In this document: piece after piece, positions 1 to 10,123 of the stretch
Position numbering within the stretch: the stretch's first letter is position 1
How the letters are laid out: each line of letters begins with the position of its first letter
From: an uncultured Gemmatimonadales bacterium
Lineage (GTDB): Bacteria; Gemmatimonadota; Gemmatimonadetes; Longimicrobiales; RSA9
Length of the DNA stretch: 64,000 bases
Direction of reading: 5' to 3'
NCBI GenBank assembly: GCA_963783305.1
Contig: CAWAMW010000002.1
Location: forward strand, 704,001 to 768,000
Program-made: the position numbers and the translations under genes
The notes under the pieces: model-generated
Told to the model about the DNA's origin: nothing
Database searches by the model: none
What the model saw: only the letters and a program-made list of their open reading frames with translations

Positions 1-365
1 TGCTCCTCACGGGCCAGAGCAAAGATCTCCTCCACTCCGTCTCTCGGGTGCTCCCACTGGTGGCGCATGGCGCGTCGGCGCGCCGTCGTGCCCACCACCT
101 CCACGGCGTCGGCGGTGGCCTCCTCCAGTGTGTCAAAGAACTCGGTCCGCTCCCGCACGATCTCGGAGCCGTGGGCGATGCCTTCGATCCTGTATTCGTC
201 CCACTCCACCGGATTGACCACCCGCAGACGCCGCAATCCTGTGTTCATCATGGCCCGGATCGTCCCGGCCAGGTTCACGCGGTCCTGGGTCTCGTTCAGG
301 ACGATGACGATGTTCTCGGCCAGCAGCTCGCGCGCGTTCATGGGTGCGTGTGGTTGAAGGGACAT
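1..365 (-). CDS. TrmJ/SpoU-family RNA methyltransferase (partial, runs off left edge)
   Basis: Not in ORF track. Manual translation gives MSLQPHAPMNARELLAENIVIVLNETQDRVNLAGTIRAMMNTGLRRLRVVNP...VVGTTARRR, a SPOUT TrmJ-like N-terminus. Alternative ATG at 341. Confidence 0.8.
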   Translation of the reverse strand, partial: MSLQPHAPMNARELLAENIVIVLNETQDRVNLAGTIRAMMNTGLRRLRVVNPVEWDEYRIEGIAHGSEIVRERTEFFDTLEEATADAVEVVGTTARRRAMRHQWEHPRDGVEEIFALAREE

Positions 366-505
366 GATTCACACGAAGACACGGAGGATACCATCGCCGC
401 CGGAGCAGGCTGTCGCCACCGGTAGCAAGAGAACGTCCCGGTGAAGCAGCGCCTCCACCAGGACGGACCAGACATTCCTCTACCTTCTGTGTGGTCTCGC
501 TCCCG

Positions 506-1774
506 CTACTCCTCCACCGCCACCCCCAGAAGCTCCCTTTCGGTGGCGGGCTGCCAGACCTGGAGCATGGGGAACCGCGAGCCGAACCAGGCCAGTGCTC
601 CGATCAGGAGTCCGAGCATGGCGAGACCGATCCCCACTTCGGTGAGACCGAAGACGACGGCCTCCACGTCCGGATACAGCGTGGGGTAGATCAGCATGTA
701 TCGCTCCAGCCACAGCCCGAGCAGGCTCAGGCCGGCGATGGTGCCCATGACGCCAGGCGCCTTTTTCGGCTTCACGCCCAGGAGCCCGAAGAACGGGATC
801 ACGAACAGCGTGAACAGCACCAGAACGGACAGGAGACGGTAGGGCGGCTCGAGCCGGTGGACGAGGAAGATCTGCTCGTGGGGCAGGTTGCCGTACCAGA
901 TCACGATATACTGCGACCAGAACAGGTAGGCCCAGAAGACGCTGAAGGCGAAGAACAGCTTGCCGAGGTCGTGGAGGTTGTTCCCTGCCATGTACTCGTG
1001 CAGAGACAGTCGCCGCCGGTACAGGAGCGTCAGGACGGCCGTGGCCGCGATGCCTCCGAGGAACGCCGCCATGAATACGTACGGGCCGATGAGCATGCTG
1101 AGCCAGTGGGGGTCCAGCGACATTACGAAGTCGATACCCACCAGCCCGAACGCCACCGCGTAGGTGATGGCGAGGGCCGGGGCGAACACGGTCATGCGAC
1201 GATGCGCGCGCTCTTCCTCCTGCTCCTGACCACGCCAGTCCCGGGTCAGAAGCTCGAAGCCGGTCCAGCCGCGGTCCTTCGCGAGCCGGGCGTCCGGGCG
1301 GATCTGCCAGTACGCGAACAGTCCCGACAGGACCAGAAGCGTGGCCAGCCCCAGGATATGCCGGGTCGCCAGGAACGGCATGTTCAGGTACGCCGCCTTG
1401 CCGCCGATGTCCTCGTGCAGCCACGGGAAGATGTACCCGGCGCCCCAGATGAGGATCGGCGGAAACAGGATGACGTAGGCAATGGGCAGGAACGCCACGA
1501 ACGACAGGGCGACGCGGCGGATGGGCCGTGACCAGACGCCGCGGGTCAGGCTCACGATAGCCGCAAGCAGCACGGCTCCCTGGGCGATCCCGGCGAAGTA
1601 GATCCAGTTGTAGGTGTACGCCATCCAGGCCCGCTGGGGGTCGGCCATCAGTCCGAGGACCCACAGAAGGGCGCCAACGCCCAGCAGCAGGGCCGCCACG
1701 ATCATGACGCCACGGGGCAGGCCGTCCAGGCGACGGACCGGGTATTCCTTGAGCTCGCCGATATCGTGCGACAT
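506..1774 (-). CDS. actF: Alternative complex III membrane subunit ActF
   Basis: Polytopic NrfD-like protein with DFVMSLDPHW, HDLGKLFFAFSVFWAYLFWSQYIVIWYGNLP; last gene of the act operon. Confidence 0.85.
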   Translation of the reverse strand: MSHDIGELKEYPVRRLDGLPRGVMIVAALLLGVGALLWVLGLMADPQRAWMAYTYNWIYFAGIAQGAVLLAAIVSLTRGVWSRPIRRVALSFVAFLPIAYVILFPPILIWGAGYIFPWLHEDIGGKAAYLNMPFLATRHILGLATLLVLSGLFAYWQIRPDARLAKDRGWTGFELLTRDWRGQEQEEERAHRRMTVFAPALAITYAVAFGLVGIDFVMSLDPHWLSMLIGPYVFMAAFLGGIAATAVLTLLYRRRLSLHEYMAGNNLHDLGKLFFAFSVFWAYLFWSQYIVIWYGNLPHEQIFLVHRLEPPYRLLSVLVLFTLFVIPFFGLLGVKPKKAPGVMGTIAGLSLLGLWLERYMLIYPTLYPDVEAVVFGLTEVGIGLAMLGLLIGALAWFGSRFPMLQVWQPATERELLGVAVEE

Positions 1775-1775
1775 G

Positions 1776-2396
1776 CTATTCCTGCCCCGCCGTGTTGAAC
1801 TGGTCCAGTCGCGGCTGCACCAGGCCCGGGAGCGCGACGCTCATCGGCTCGCCACCGCCCTGGAGGTACCGCACGTAGTTGACGATGGCCCACCGCTCTG
1901 CGGTCGGGATCCGACGGTAGCTCGGCATGAGGCCGCGACCCACGCGGATGATCGCGTAGATGTAGCCATCACTCCGAGCCTGCGTGGTCGGCAGCAGGAG
2001 GTTCGTGGCGAACGGCAGCTTGCCGGCGCCCACGATCGGGCCGTTGCCTTCCGCTGTCGGCCCGTGGCAGACCGCGCAGTAGGTCTGGAAACCGTGCGCG
2101 CCGGCGGTGATCGTGGCCTCGTTCGCAGCGAGCGGGTTCGTGAGCGTATCCCCCCACGCGCGCAGCCCCGCCTCCGACTTTTCCACCTCCGGCTCCCACT
2201 CCCAGCCCGGGGCGTCGAGTGGCACGGACAGCGGCGGCGCTTCCCGGGGCGCCTCGTACGGATCGAAGAACGGCGCCTCGTGCATGAAGTTCAGCATTTT
2301 CACACTCGCCATGGCCCGCTCGATCTTCGTGCAGCCGCCCAGCACACCCGTGGCCAGCGCGATCGCCAGCAGGGCGGTCCCGCGACGGGCGCTCAC
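1776..2396 (-). CDS. actE: Alternative complex III monoheme cytochrome c lipoprotein ActE
   Basis: GTG start overlapping actD stop; lipobox VLGGC; one CAVCH heme motif; distal MP ligand. Confidence 0.85.
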   Translation of the reverse strand: MSARRGTALLAIALATGVLGGCTKIERAMASVKMLNFMHEAPFFDPYEAPREAPPLSVPLDAPGWEWEPEVEKSEAGLRAWGDTLTNPLAANEATITAGAHGFQTYCAVCHGPTAEGNGPIVGAGKLPFATNLLLPTTQARSDGYIYAIIRVGRGLMPSYRRIPTAERWAIVNYVRYLQGGGEPMSVALPGLVQPRLDQFNTAGQE

Positions 2397-2914
2397 GGCT
2401 GCCTCCCTTCGTCCCACGCCTGTACCTCCACCGCGCCCGCACCCTCCAGGATTCTGCGCGCGTCGCCGCCCTTCCCTGATGGCGCGTCCACGAGCACACC
2501 GAAATTGCCCGCCGAGAACGACGGGTCGTACGCCAGGTCCCTGCCCGGAGGGCCGAGGCGAGCGTTGATGAAGAGTCCCAGCACCGTCGACAGGGCGCCG
2601 AACAGGATCGTCATCTCGAACGCGATCACCACGAAGGCCGGCAGCGCGATGATCGGCTTCCCGCCCGTGATCAGCGGCCAGTCCAGCGATGTCCAGATGG
2701 CCAGGGCGAAGCCGGTGGCCGCACCCGTGAGGCCGCCCACCAGCGTAAACAGCCGCACCGGGCTCTGCGGCCGGTGGAGCGCGTGCTCCAGATCGTGCTG
2801 CGGCAGCGGAGAGTACGACTCCAGGTCGGTCATGCCCGCCGCCCTCAGACCTTCGATGGCCTCGACCGCGGCGTCCACCTCGTGGAACACCCCGAGATAC
2901 CGTCCCCCGCTCAT
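2393..2914 (-). CDS. actD: Alternative complex III subunit ActD (DUF3341)
   Basis: MSGGRYLGVF...YSPLP...WPLITGGKP...FEMTILFGALST with two TM helices; start overlaps actC stop. Confidence 0.85.
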   Translation of the reverse strand: MSGGRYLGVFHEVDAAVEAIEGLRAAGMTDLESYSPLPQHDLEHALHRPQSPVRLFTLVGGLTGAATGFALAIWTSLDWPLITGGKPIIALPAFVVIAFEMTILFGALSTVLGLFINARLGPPGRDLAYDPSFSAGNFGVLVDAPSGKGGDARRILEGAGAVEVQAWDEGRQP

Positions 2915-4347
2915 CGTCCCTCCTCCCCGGCGCCACTCTCGTCGGGGTTCGGCTCCTGACGCTCCAGGTACTCGCGCCCTTGGCCCGTCGCTCCCCGAAG
3001 CCCGCGGCGCGGCGTGGGCAGGACCTCCTTCAGCTCCGCCACCGAGACCGCCGGCAACACACGCATGAAGAGCAGGAACCACATGAAGAACCAGCCGAAG
3101 CTCCCCACCATGATCCCCATCTCGACCCAGCTCGGCTTGTACACGTTCCACTGCCACGGCTCGTACTCGTGGCTCAGGCTGGTGACGATGATCACGAACC
3201 GCTCGAACCACATCCCGATGTTGATGAAGATCGTAATGGTGAACAGCGCCGGGATATTGGTTCGGACCTTCTTCGACCAGAGCAGCAGCGGGATCACGCT
3301 GTTGCACGCCAGCATGATGGCCGCCGCCCACCAGTACCGTCCGCTGAGGCCGGCCACGATGTACTGCCCCTCCGCGTGGGCCGGCTCGTGGCTGTACCAG
3401 ACCAGGAAGACCTCGGTGATGTAGGCGTACGTCACGATCATGCCCGTGAGCAGGATCAGCTTCGACATGGCGTCGAAGTGCTTGGGCGTGAAGTAAGCCT
3501 CGAGGCCGAAGATCTTCCGGATCGGGACCAGCAGCGTGATCACCATGGCGATCCCGCTGAAGATGGCCCCGGCGACGAAGTAGGGTGCGAAGATCGTGGA
3601 GTGCCAGCCGGGCACGATGCTCATGGCGAAGTCCCATGACACGACCGAGTGCACCGAGAGCACCAGCGGAGTGGCGAGGGCGGCCAGGTAGAGGTACGCG
3701 CGGTTGAAGTGCAGCCACTGCCGGCCGCTCCCCTTCCACCCGAAGCTCAGGACCGTGTAGAGCTTCTTCCGCCACGGCACCGTCGTCGAGTCACGGGCCG
3801 CCGCGATGTCGGGGATCATCCCGATCACGAAGAACGTGGCGCTGACGATCAGGTACGTGCTGATGGCGAACACGTCCCAGACCAGCGGCGACTTGAAGTT
3901 GGGCCAGAGCATCCGCTGGTTCGGGTACGGCATGAGCCAGTAGAAGATGAACGGCCGCCCCAGGTGGATGATGGGGAAGAGCCCCGCCGTCATCACGGCG
4001 AAGACGGTCATGGCCTCCGCGGCGCGATAGATGGACTGGCGCCAGCGCGCGCGGAACAGGAAGAGGATCGCCGAGATCAGCGTCCCGGAGTGGGCGATAC
4101 CCACCCAGAAGACGAAGGTGGTGATGTAGACGCCCCAGGAGATCGGGTTCATCAGACCCGTCATCCCGATCCCGAGATACAGCTGGGTGAAGAAGCTGAA
4201 CGCCAGCAGCCCCACGCCCGACACGGCGATCGCCAGCAGGATCCAGTAGCCCTTCCCGGGCTTGCTCAGGAGCTTCAGGACGTCCGTATTGACGTCCGAA
4301 TAGCTGGGAACGTTCGGGTGCGTCTCCGACCGGATCACTGGGGCCAT
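2911..4347 (-). CDS. actC: Alternative complex III quinol-binding NrfD/PsrC subunit ActC
   Basis: WGVYITTFVFWVGIAHSGTLISAIL, R.AEAMT, SPLVWDVFA, LSVHSVVSWDFA, GWHSTIF motifs. Confidence 0.92.
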   Translation of the reverse strand: MAPVIRSETHPNVPSYSDVNTDVLKLLSKPGKGYWILLAIAVSGVGLLAFSFFTQLYLGIGMTGLMNPISWGVYITTFVFWVGIAHSGTLISAILFLFRARWRQSIYRAAEAMTVFAVMTAGLFPIIHLGRPFIFYWLMPYPNQRMLWPNFKSPLVWDVFAISTYLIVSATFFVIGMIPDIAAARDSTTVPWRKKLYTVLSFGWKGSGRQWLHFNRAYLYLAALATPLVLSVHSVVSWDFAMSIVPGWHSTIFAPYFVAGAIFSGIAMVITLLVPIRKIFGLEAYFTPKHFDAMSKLILLTGMIVTYAYITEVFLVWYSHEPAHAEGQYIVAGLSGRYWWAAAIMLACNSVIPLLLWSKKVRTNIPALFTITIFINIGMWFERFVIIVTSLSHEYEPWQWNVYKPSWVEMGIMVGSFGWFFMWFLLFMRVLPAVSVAELKEVLPTPRRGLRGATGQGREYLERQEPNPDESGAGEEGR

Positions 4348-7300
4348 CAGTGCGCCGCCCCTTCCGCCTCGTCCGTCGAGACCTTCTTCAGGTACACCAC
4401 CGCAGACTGGGTATTAAGCTCCTCGAACACCCGGAAGCCTCGACTCGATTCCACCACCTGTGCCACTCTCGAATTCGGGTCCTCGATGTTGCCAAAGACG
4501 ATGGCGTTGCCGGGGCAGGTCTCGGCGCACGCCGGCCGGATCTCTCCGTCACCCACGGCGCGTCCCTCCACCCGCGCCTGGTGCTGGGCGCCGCGGATCC
4601 GCTGCACGCAGAACGTGCACTTCTCCATGATGCCCTTGCTCCGAACCGCGACCTCGGGGTTCAGCTGCCAGTTGAGCGGCTCCGGCCACTCGTAGGTGAA
4701 GTAGTTGAAGTACCGCACCTTGTACGGGCAGTTGTTCGCGCAGTACCGCGTGCCGACGCAGCGGTTGTAGACCTGACCGTTCAGCCCGTCCGGCGTGTGG
4801 TAGGAGGCATACACCGGGCAGACCGGCTCGCACGGCGCGTTCCCGCACTGCTGACACATCATCGGGAGGAAGGTGGTCTTCCGGTGCGTGGCGCCACCGT
4901 CCATCTCGTGGACGGCCGCCTCATCCTCTTCCTCGAAATAGCGCTCGATCCGCATCCACTGGATCATGCGACCCTGGGCCACCAGCTCCGGCCCCACCAT
5001 CCCGATGTTGTTCTCGGCCTGACACGCGGTCTGACATGCGCTGCAGCCAATGCACCGCTCCAGGTCCACCGCCATGCTCCAGCGCGGCTGGACCTCACTG
5101 TACTCCCCGTAATGCGTTCCCGGGGGCGGGTAGTCCGCGGGGCCTCCCTGCACGCGCAGCGGCGCGAAGCCACCGGCGCCCTGAAGGCTCGGGATCACCG
5201 TCTCGGTGGGGTGGACCGTCGGGCCGTGCCCGATTTCCTCGTGGGGCAGCTGCCCCATGAGACCACCCTCCGGCGTCGGACCGGGCTCAGCGCCGCCGAC
5301 CGGCACCTGCCCGGCGACGATCCCGCCGGCCACGGTGTCGTACTTCCGAGCCTCCTCCAGCGACACCGTCTCCAGCAGGTGTCTCCCGCTCACGTCGTAC
5401 TGGTCGGACGAGAACGGCTGCCGCTCCCAGCGGCCCGTCGGCGTGACATCCGCCGTGGTCTGGATCCACACCAGCCCACCGGACTCCTCGTCGACCTGGG
5501 GTGCGAGGAGGCGGATGGCGTTCACGCCCCTGCCCTGGGCATAGCGGCCCATGCGCTCGTGCCCCTGGCCGAGCTGGATGGCGATCGTGTCCTGGCGCAC
5601 CCCCGGGTGCAGCCAGACGGGCAGCTCCACGGAGCCGTAGGGAGTCGAGACCTCCACGATGTGCCCGTTGTCCAGGCCGTACTCCTCGGCCGTGCGCGGG
5701 TTCATTTCCAGGACCGAGCCCCACGTATGCTTCGTGACGGGATCAGGGAGCTCCTGCAGCCACGGCCGGTTGGCCAGCCGTCCGTCGTAGAAGCGGTAGG
5801 ATGGGTAGACGACCAGCGCGAACTCGCCTTCGCCGCCGAGCGTCGGGACGTCCAGCGAAAGCTCGCCGGCACCCGCCCCGGCCCCCAGCGTCTGGGGCTG
5901 GCTGTACTCGTCCGTGACGATGACGCCGTTCCGCAGCGCGCGCGTCCACCACTCATCGAAGCTCCCCGCACCGCCCGCGGTGCCCTGGAGCTCCTGCCAC
6001 TGCTCGCGCAGGTAGTCGTAGAAGGTCGTGGCCCGTGTCGGGAGCGCTGCGTTGACCCGGCGCGCGACGCTCAGCAGCACGTCCCCCGTCTGCTTCGTGT
6101 CGAAGACGGGGGTCATCACCGGCTGGATCAGCGAGTGGACGCCCGGGCGCGGCTCATAGTCGCCCCACGACTCCAGGAAGTGGTGGTCCGGGAGGAGGAG
6201 GTGCGCCTGAGCCGACGTCTCATCCAGCCAGGGCGAGAACGATGCGACGAAGGGCACGCGGGCCAGCGCCGCGGCCACACGCTCGTGATCGGGGAGGTCG
6301 TAGAGCGGGTTCGGTCCATGGACCAGCAGCGCCGCGACGCGTCCGCCCTCCATCTCCTCCAGGAGCGCGAGCATCTCACGGTAGCCGGCGACCTCCGGCT
6401 CGTCCTGGCCCAGGCGGACCGTCGTGCCCAGGTTCCCTGCGGCCTCGTTCAGCGCAGCCACCGCCGTGGCCAGGGTGGTCGCTGCGGCCGATGTGGTCTG
6501 TACGCCGGGGCCCACCGCCAGCGACGGGCGGCTCGCGAAGGCGTGGGCGGCCAGCCGGAGCTGGTCGATGTCCACACCAGCCGTCTCGGCGAACGCGTCC
6601 GGGTCGACAGTGCCGATCATGGCCGCGGCCGCGCCACCGCCACCGCCACCGTTCTCATCGAGCACCAGGCGCGCCAGCGCGAGCGCCACCAGGTGCTCGG
6701 TGCCAGGGCGCGGCGCGATCCACTGATCCGCGTTCAGGTCGGTCAGCGACTGGTGCGGCGTCACGGCGATGAACTCGCCGCGCTTGCCAGCCCTGTACGC
6801 GTGCCCTTCCACATAGCCGTGGGAGTAGTCCACGGGCGAGAGCCACGTCTCCATGAAGTCGGCGCCGAACGACACCACGACCTCGGCCTGCTCAAAATCG
6901 TAGATCGGCAGCGCGGCGCGGCCGTACAGGCGACGATGGGCTTCCCGGATCGGCGCGTGGCCGAAGGATTCGTAGCGGACGCGGCGGGCGCCCACCGCCC
7001 GGGACCATTCGTCCAGCAGTCGGTCCATCGAGCCGGGTTCCGGGCGCGACAGCACGACGGTGCGGCCCCGGGCCCGCTGCAGCGCCTCCGCCAGCGACTG
7101 CTCCGCCCGGTCCCAGCTCACCTTCGACCAGCTGTCGCCGGAGGGGACCATGGCCTGCGGGATCCGGTCCGGGTCGTAGAGCCCGTGCAGCGATGCCTGC
7201 CCGCGCGCGCACAGCTTCCCGTGCGAGATCGGAGAGGCGGGGCTGCCCTCGGCCTTGATGGCGCGACCCTCGCGCGTCTCCAGCGTCATTCCGCACCCGG

Positions 7301-7547
7301 CCGGGCACTCCCGGCAGGTCGTGCGGTAGCGAGTGGAGACGCCCGGAACGATCTCCTCGGGCTGTACCAGATACGGGATCAGCCGGTCGGGCTCCACGGC
7401 ACACCCCGTCGCTGTGGCACCCACGCCCGCGACGCCGAGGACCTTGAGGAAGTCCCTCCGCTCCATCCCGTTTCCGTTCTCTTCCTGCGGGCCAGCGCCC
7501 TCAGAGCCGTTTACGATCGGCAACACACCCTCACGATTGTTCGACAT
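4347..7547 (-). CDS. actB: Alternative complex III subunit ActB (molybdopterin-oxidoreductase-like domain fused to Fe-S domain)
   Basis: Tat motif RRDFLK; CRECPAGC; C-terminal CIGCSAC, CQQCGNAPCEPVCP, CVGTRYCANNCPY, KCTFC. Confidence 0.92.
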   Translation of the reverse strand: MSNNREGVLPIVNGSEGAGPQEENGNGMERRDFLKVLGVAGVGATATGCAVEPDRLIPYLVQPEEIVPGVSTRYRTTCRECPAGCGMTLETREGRAIKAEGSPASPISHGKLCARGQASLHGLYDPDRIPQAMVPSGDSWSKVSWDRAEQSLAEALQRARGRTVVLSRPEPGSMDRLLDEWSRAVGARRVRYESFGHAPIREAHRRLYGRAALPIYDFEQAEVVVSFGADFMETWLSPVDYSHGYVEGHAYRAGKRGEFIAVTPHQSLTDLNADQWIAPRPGTEHLVALALARLVLDENGGGGGGAAAAMIGTVDPDAFAETAGVDIDQLRLAAHAFASRPSLAVGPGVQTTSAAATTLATAVAALNEAAGNLGTTVRLGQDEPEVAGYREMLALLEEMEGGRVAALLVHGPNPLYDLPDHERVAAALARVPFVASFSPWLDETSAQAHLLLPDHHFLESWGDYEPRPGVHSLIQPVMTPVFDTKQTGDVLLSVARRVNAALPTRATTFYDYLREQWQELQGTAGGAGSFDEWWTRALRNGVIVTDEYSQPQTLGAGAGAGELSLDVPTLGGEGEFALVVYPSYRFYDGRLANRPWLQELPDPVTKHTWGSVLEMNPRTAEEYGLDNGHIVEVSTPYGSVELPVWLHPGVRQDTIAIQLGQGHERMGRYAQGRGVNAIRLLAPQVDEESGGLVWIQTTADVTPTGRWERQPFSSDQYDVSGRHLLETVSLEEARKYDTVAGGIVAGQVPVGGAEPGPTPEGGLMGQLPHEEIGHGPTVHPTETVIPSLQGAGGFAPLRVQGGPADYPPPGTHYGEYSEVQPRWSMAVDLERCIGCSACQTACQAENNIGMVGPELVAQGRMIQWMRIERYFEEEDEAAVHEMDGGATHRKTTFLPMMCQQCGNAPCEPVCPVYASYHTPDGLNGQVYNRCVGTRYCANNCPYKVRYFNYFTYEWPEPLNWQLNPEVAVRSKGIMEKCTFCVQRIRGAQHQARVEGRAVGDGEIRPACAETCPGNAIVFGNIEDPNSRVAQVVESSRGFRVFEELNTQSAVVYLKKVSTDEAEGAAH

Positions 7548-7557
7548 CAGCTCGCCG

Positions 7558-8085
7558 TCAGTAGTGGCAGACGGTGCAATCGGTGCGAACCTCGCGCGTC
7601 CGATGGCATTCGAGGCACCACCCCATGTTCAGGTCCTGCGCCTCCTCGATCACCGCCATCGACTCCACCTCGCCGTGGCATTCCTGGCACTCCAGGTCCT
7701 CGGCGTTCACGTGGATCATGTGCGGGAAATGGGCGTGATCGGGCAGGTCGTACACCCGGACCCACGGGATCCGACGACCCTCGTTCCAGTACGACGTGAG
7801 GATCCGCACCCCCGGGCTGTCCGCCGCCACCATGGGGACCCCGCCGGGGATATGACACCCGGCGCACACCTCGACCGCCGGGAGCCCGGCGTCCACCGAG
7901 CGGTCCGCGCTCGAATGGCAGTACATGCACGGGATCTGGTTCGTGCCCACGTGCACGTCGTGGGGGAACGGGATCGGCTGCTCCGGCGCGGTTCCGATCC
8001 GGCTGCCGGCCGCGAATACGCCAGCCCCGACGAGCGCCAGCAACGCGACTCCTAGGAGTATGAGAGTCCCTCGTCCCATCCACAT
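7558..8085 (-). CDS. actA: Alternative complex III pentaheme cytochrome c ActA
   Basis: N-terminal TM anchor; five CxxCH motifs (CMYCH, CAGCH, CQECH, CLECH, CTVCH); QPIPFPHDVH. Start 8085 or 8079. Confidence 0.9.
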   Translation of the reverse strand: MWMGRGTLILLGVALLALVGAGVFAAGSRIGTAPEQPIPFPHDVHVGTNQIPCMYCHSSADRSVDAGLPAVEVCAGCHIPGGVPMVAADSPGVRILTSYWNEGRRIPWVRVYDLPDHAHFPHMIHVNAEDLECQECHGEVESMAVIEEAQDLNMGWCLECHRTREVRTDCTVCHY

Positions 8086-8200
8086 TTCGGCGTGAGGGGC
8101 CGCGTAGTGGGCCCGACTACAGTATGACCGGGGGTTTGCCCCACCGGTCAGGAAGGCGGCAAATGTGATACGGGTCCAGCATGGGCGCAACCCCGGGCGA

Positions 8201-8803
8201 CTATCCCTGGCGCATGTCCTCGGGGGCCATCAGGGCGGCGCGGAGCACCCGTGACCAGAGCGCCTCCGCCTCCTCTTTCGGCTCGTCTCCCAGCGCCTCC
8301 GAATCCATGACCCGACGGGCCGCATCGGAGTCGCCGAGCTTGTGCAGGTGGTCGGCGAGGAGCGCTCTCAGCTGCGGGTTGTACGTCGCCTCCGCCATCA
8401 GCCAGATCTGTGTAAGCGCCAGGTCCGCCTGGCCCGCATCCACCGCGGCCTGCACATACTCGTCCACTTCCCACTGTGCGTCGCTGAGCAGCCCTTTCCC
8501 GATGGAGAGCCACGCCAGCGTGCAGCGGGCGCGGACCGCGCTGGGGGAGATGCGGAGCAGCTTTCGGCAGACGGCTCCCGCGGCGTTGTAGCGTCCCGCC
8601 CTCAGGTAGGCGTCGATCGCGCGGCCGTAATAGCCCAGTGCCCTGCTCCGCTCCTGCGCCTCCACACAGAGGTCGCCCGCCCGGTTGAAGAACTGGGCGT
8701 CGAACCCCGGCAGCGCGATCTCCGCCTGCTGCTCGAGCGATTTCAGTCGCTTGTCCAGACCCGGCTCGGGTTCCGGCGAATCCCTCAGGTGCTTGAAGAT
8801 CAT
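8201..8803 (-). CDS. Hypothetical helical (TPR-like) protein
   Basis: ATG at 8803 overlaps the upstream stop; helical repeat pattern (ALGYYGRAIDAYLRAGRYNAAGAVCRKLL). Confidence 0.6.
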   Translation of the reverse strand: MIFKHLRDSPEPEPGLDKRLKSLEQQAEIALPGFDAQFFNRAGDLCVEAQERSRALGYYGRAIDAYLRAGRYNAAGAVCRKLLRISPSAVRARCTLAWLSIGKGLLSDAQWEVDEYVQAAVDAGQADLALTQIWLMAEATYNPQLRALLADHLHKLGDSDAARRVMDSEALGDEPKEEAEALWSRVLRAALMAPEDMRQG

Positions 8804-10119
8804 CTTGGTCGTTGGAACGTATCCGCCGATCGAGCATGTGCAAAGTGCCGATCGGCGTGATGCTCCAGGAGCGCGAGCGCGGGGACTTCCGCCGCGGATC
8901 GCGACGCTCCCGGCCATTCACCGCCACTGGTGTTCTCCCCAGCGACGGGCTCGCGGTCCCCCTGTAACGCGAGGACCAGTGCGACCCCGGCGATCCCCGC
9001 CACCAGCAGGGCGCCCGGCAGCGGCCGGTCCGGGGGGCCCAGCGGTTCCGGTCGTGGGAGCAGGATGAAGCAGGCGGCGAGGAGCACGCCCGTGGCGACG
9101 AGAATCCAGGGGACCACGTTTCCGATCCACGGCGCGGGCGATGCCGGGCGCAACGCGAGGTCGAACAGCACGGTCAGCAGCACGAAGAGGACGAGCCCGG
9201 CGGTGACGGGAGTACCGCTCCGGCGCCCGCTGGCGGGATCGAAGGCGCGGGTGATCAGCAGCAGCGCGGCCAGGTGTCCCACGGCCATGAACCCGGCCAC
9301 CACGCTTCCGTCCAGCCAGTGGCCAAGCAGGGCAGAGGCCGTGATCAACCCCGCCAGCAGCAACGTCACCATCCGGCCGCCGGTAGGACGGCGAAGCAGG
9401 AGCGCACCGCCGAACGCTGCGGCCCCGGCGACCCCCACCAGTGCGGCGGCCAACGGGTACTCCGCCCCCGTCCAGCGGGCGATCACGGGCGCAACGCCGA
9501 GCAGGTGCAGGTCGAGGAAGAAGATGCCCCCGAGAGCAAGTCCACCCCTCAGCCTTAGCCCGCCGGAGCGGCGCTCCAGCTCGTTCCGTCCCCCCGAGCG
9601 CGCCGGGTCCCGGCGCCACAGGAGGACCGCCGCAACGAGGCCGAGGGAGAGGATCACCTGGACCGGAAGCCAGCTCGGGCGCAACGAGATGTCGTGGCCT
9701 GACCCGGCCGTGCGCAACAGCTGGTCGGCCACGAGACCCAGGATGAAGCCGGCTCCGAGCGCTCTTCGGCCCACCAGGCCCACCGCCCACTTGAGGAACA
9801 TGGCCGCGCACGCCAGCACCAGGGCGCCACCGAGCGCGCGTGTCACGAGCGACGGGTGACCGAGCGGCAGCCGGAATACCGCCGCGCCCACGGCGGCGAC
9901 GACCACGGCCGTGTGGCGGTCGAGCCAGCGGGCCAGGGGGAGCAGGGGGGCGAAGAGCGCGAGGAGAGGGAGGAGCGCGATGGCCGCGGGCCCGAGGTGG
10001 AAGGCCGGCGTCAGGGCGTCCCGGGTCAGGATGAATAGCGACGCGAAGAACGCCCGCTGCCCCTGAGCGAAGAAGAGAGCGACGAGAGCCGCCATGAGGA
10101 GCGGCCAGGCCCGACGCAT
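8800..10119 (-). CDS. Polytopic membrane protein of unknown function
   Basis: 439 aa with many hydrophobic segments; begins 4 bp after the kinase stop. Confidence 0.65.
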   Translation of the reverse strand: MRRAWPLLMAALVALFFAQGQRAFFASLFILTRDALTPAFHLGPAAIALLPLLALFAPLLPLARWLDRHTAVVVAAVGAAVFRLPLGHPSLVTRALGGALVLACAAMFLKWAVGLVGRRALGAGFILGLVADQLLRTAGSGHDISLRPSWLPVQVILSLGLVAAVLLWRRDPARSGGRNELERRSGGLRLRGGLALGGIFFLDLHLLGVAPVIARWTGAEYPLAAALVGVAGAAAFGGALLLRRPTGGRMVTLLLAGLITASALLGHWLDGSVVAGFMAVGHLAALLLITRAFDPASGRRSGTPVTAGLVLFVLLTVLFDLALRPASPAPWIGNVVPWILVATGVLLAACFILLPRPEPLGPPDRPLPGALLVAGIAGVALVLALQGDREPVAGENTSGGEWPGASRSAAEVPALALLEHHADRHFAHARSADTFQRPR

Positions 10120-10123
10120 CCCG

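Noticed and set aside
1776..3775. Long N-terminal extensions of actE and actD in the ORF track
   Set aside because: They overlap upstream act genes; coupled internal starts at 2396 and 2914 fit the families better.
4350..7799. 1149-aa plus-strand ORF (also 39236-42373, 28743-31142, 24742-26529, 33154-34992)
   Set aside because: Antisense shadows of well-supported genes in high-GC DNA; Arg/Pro/Gly-rich with no motifs.
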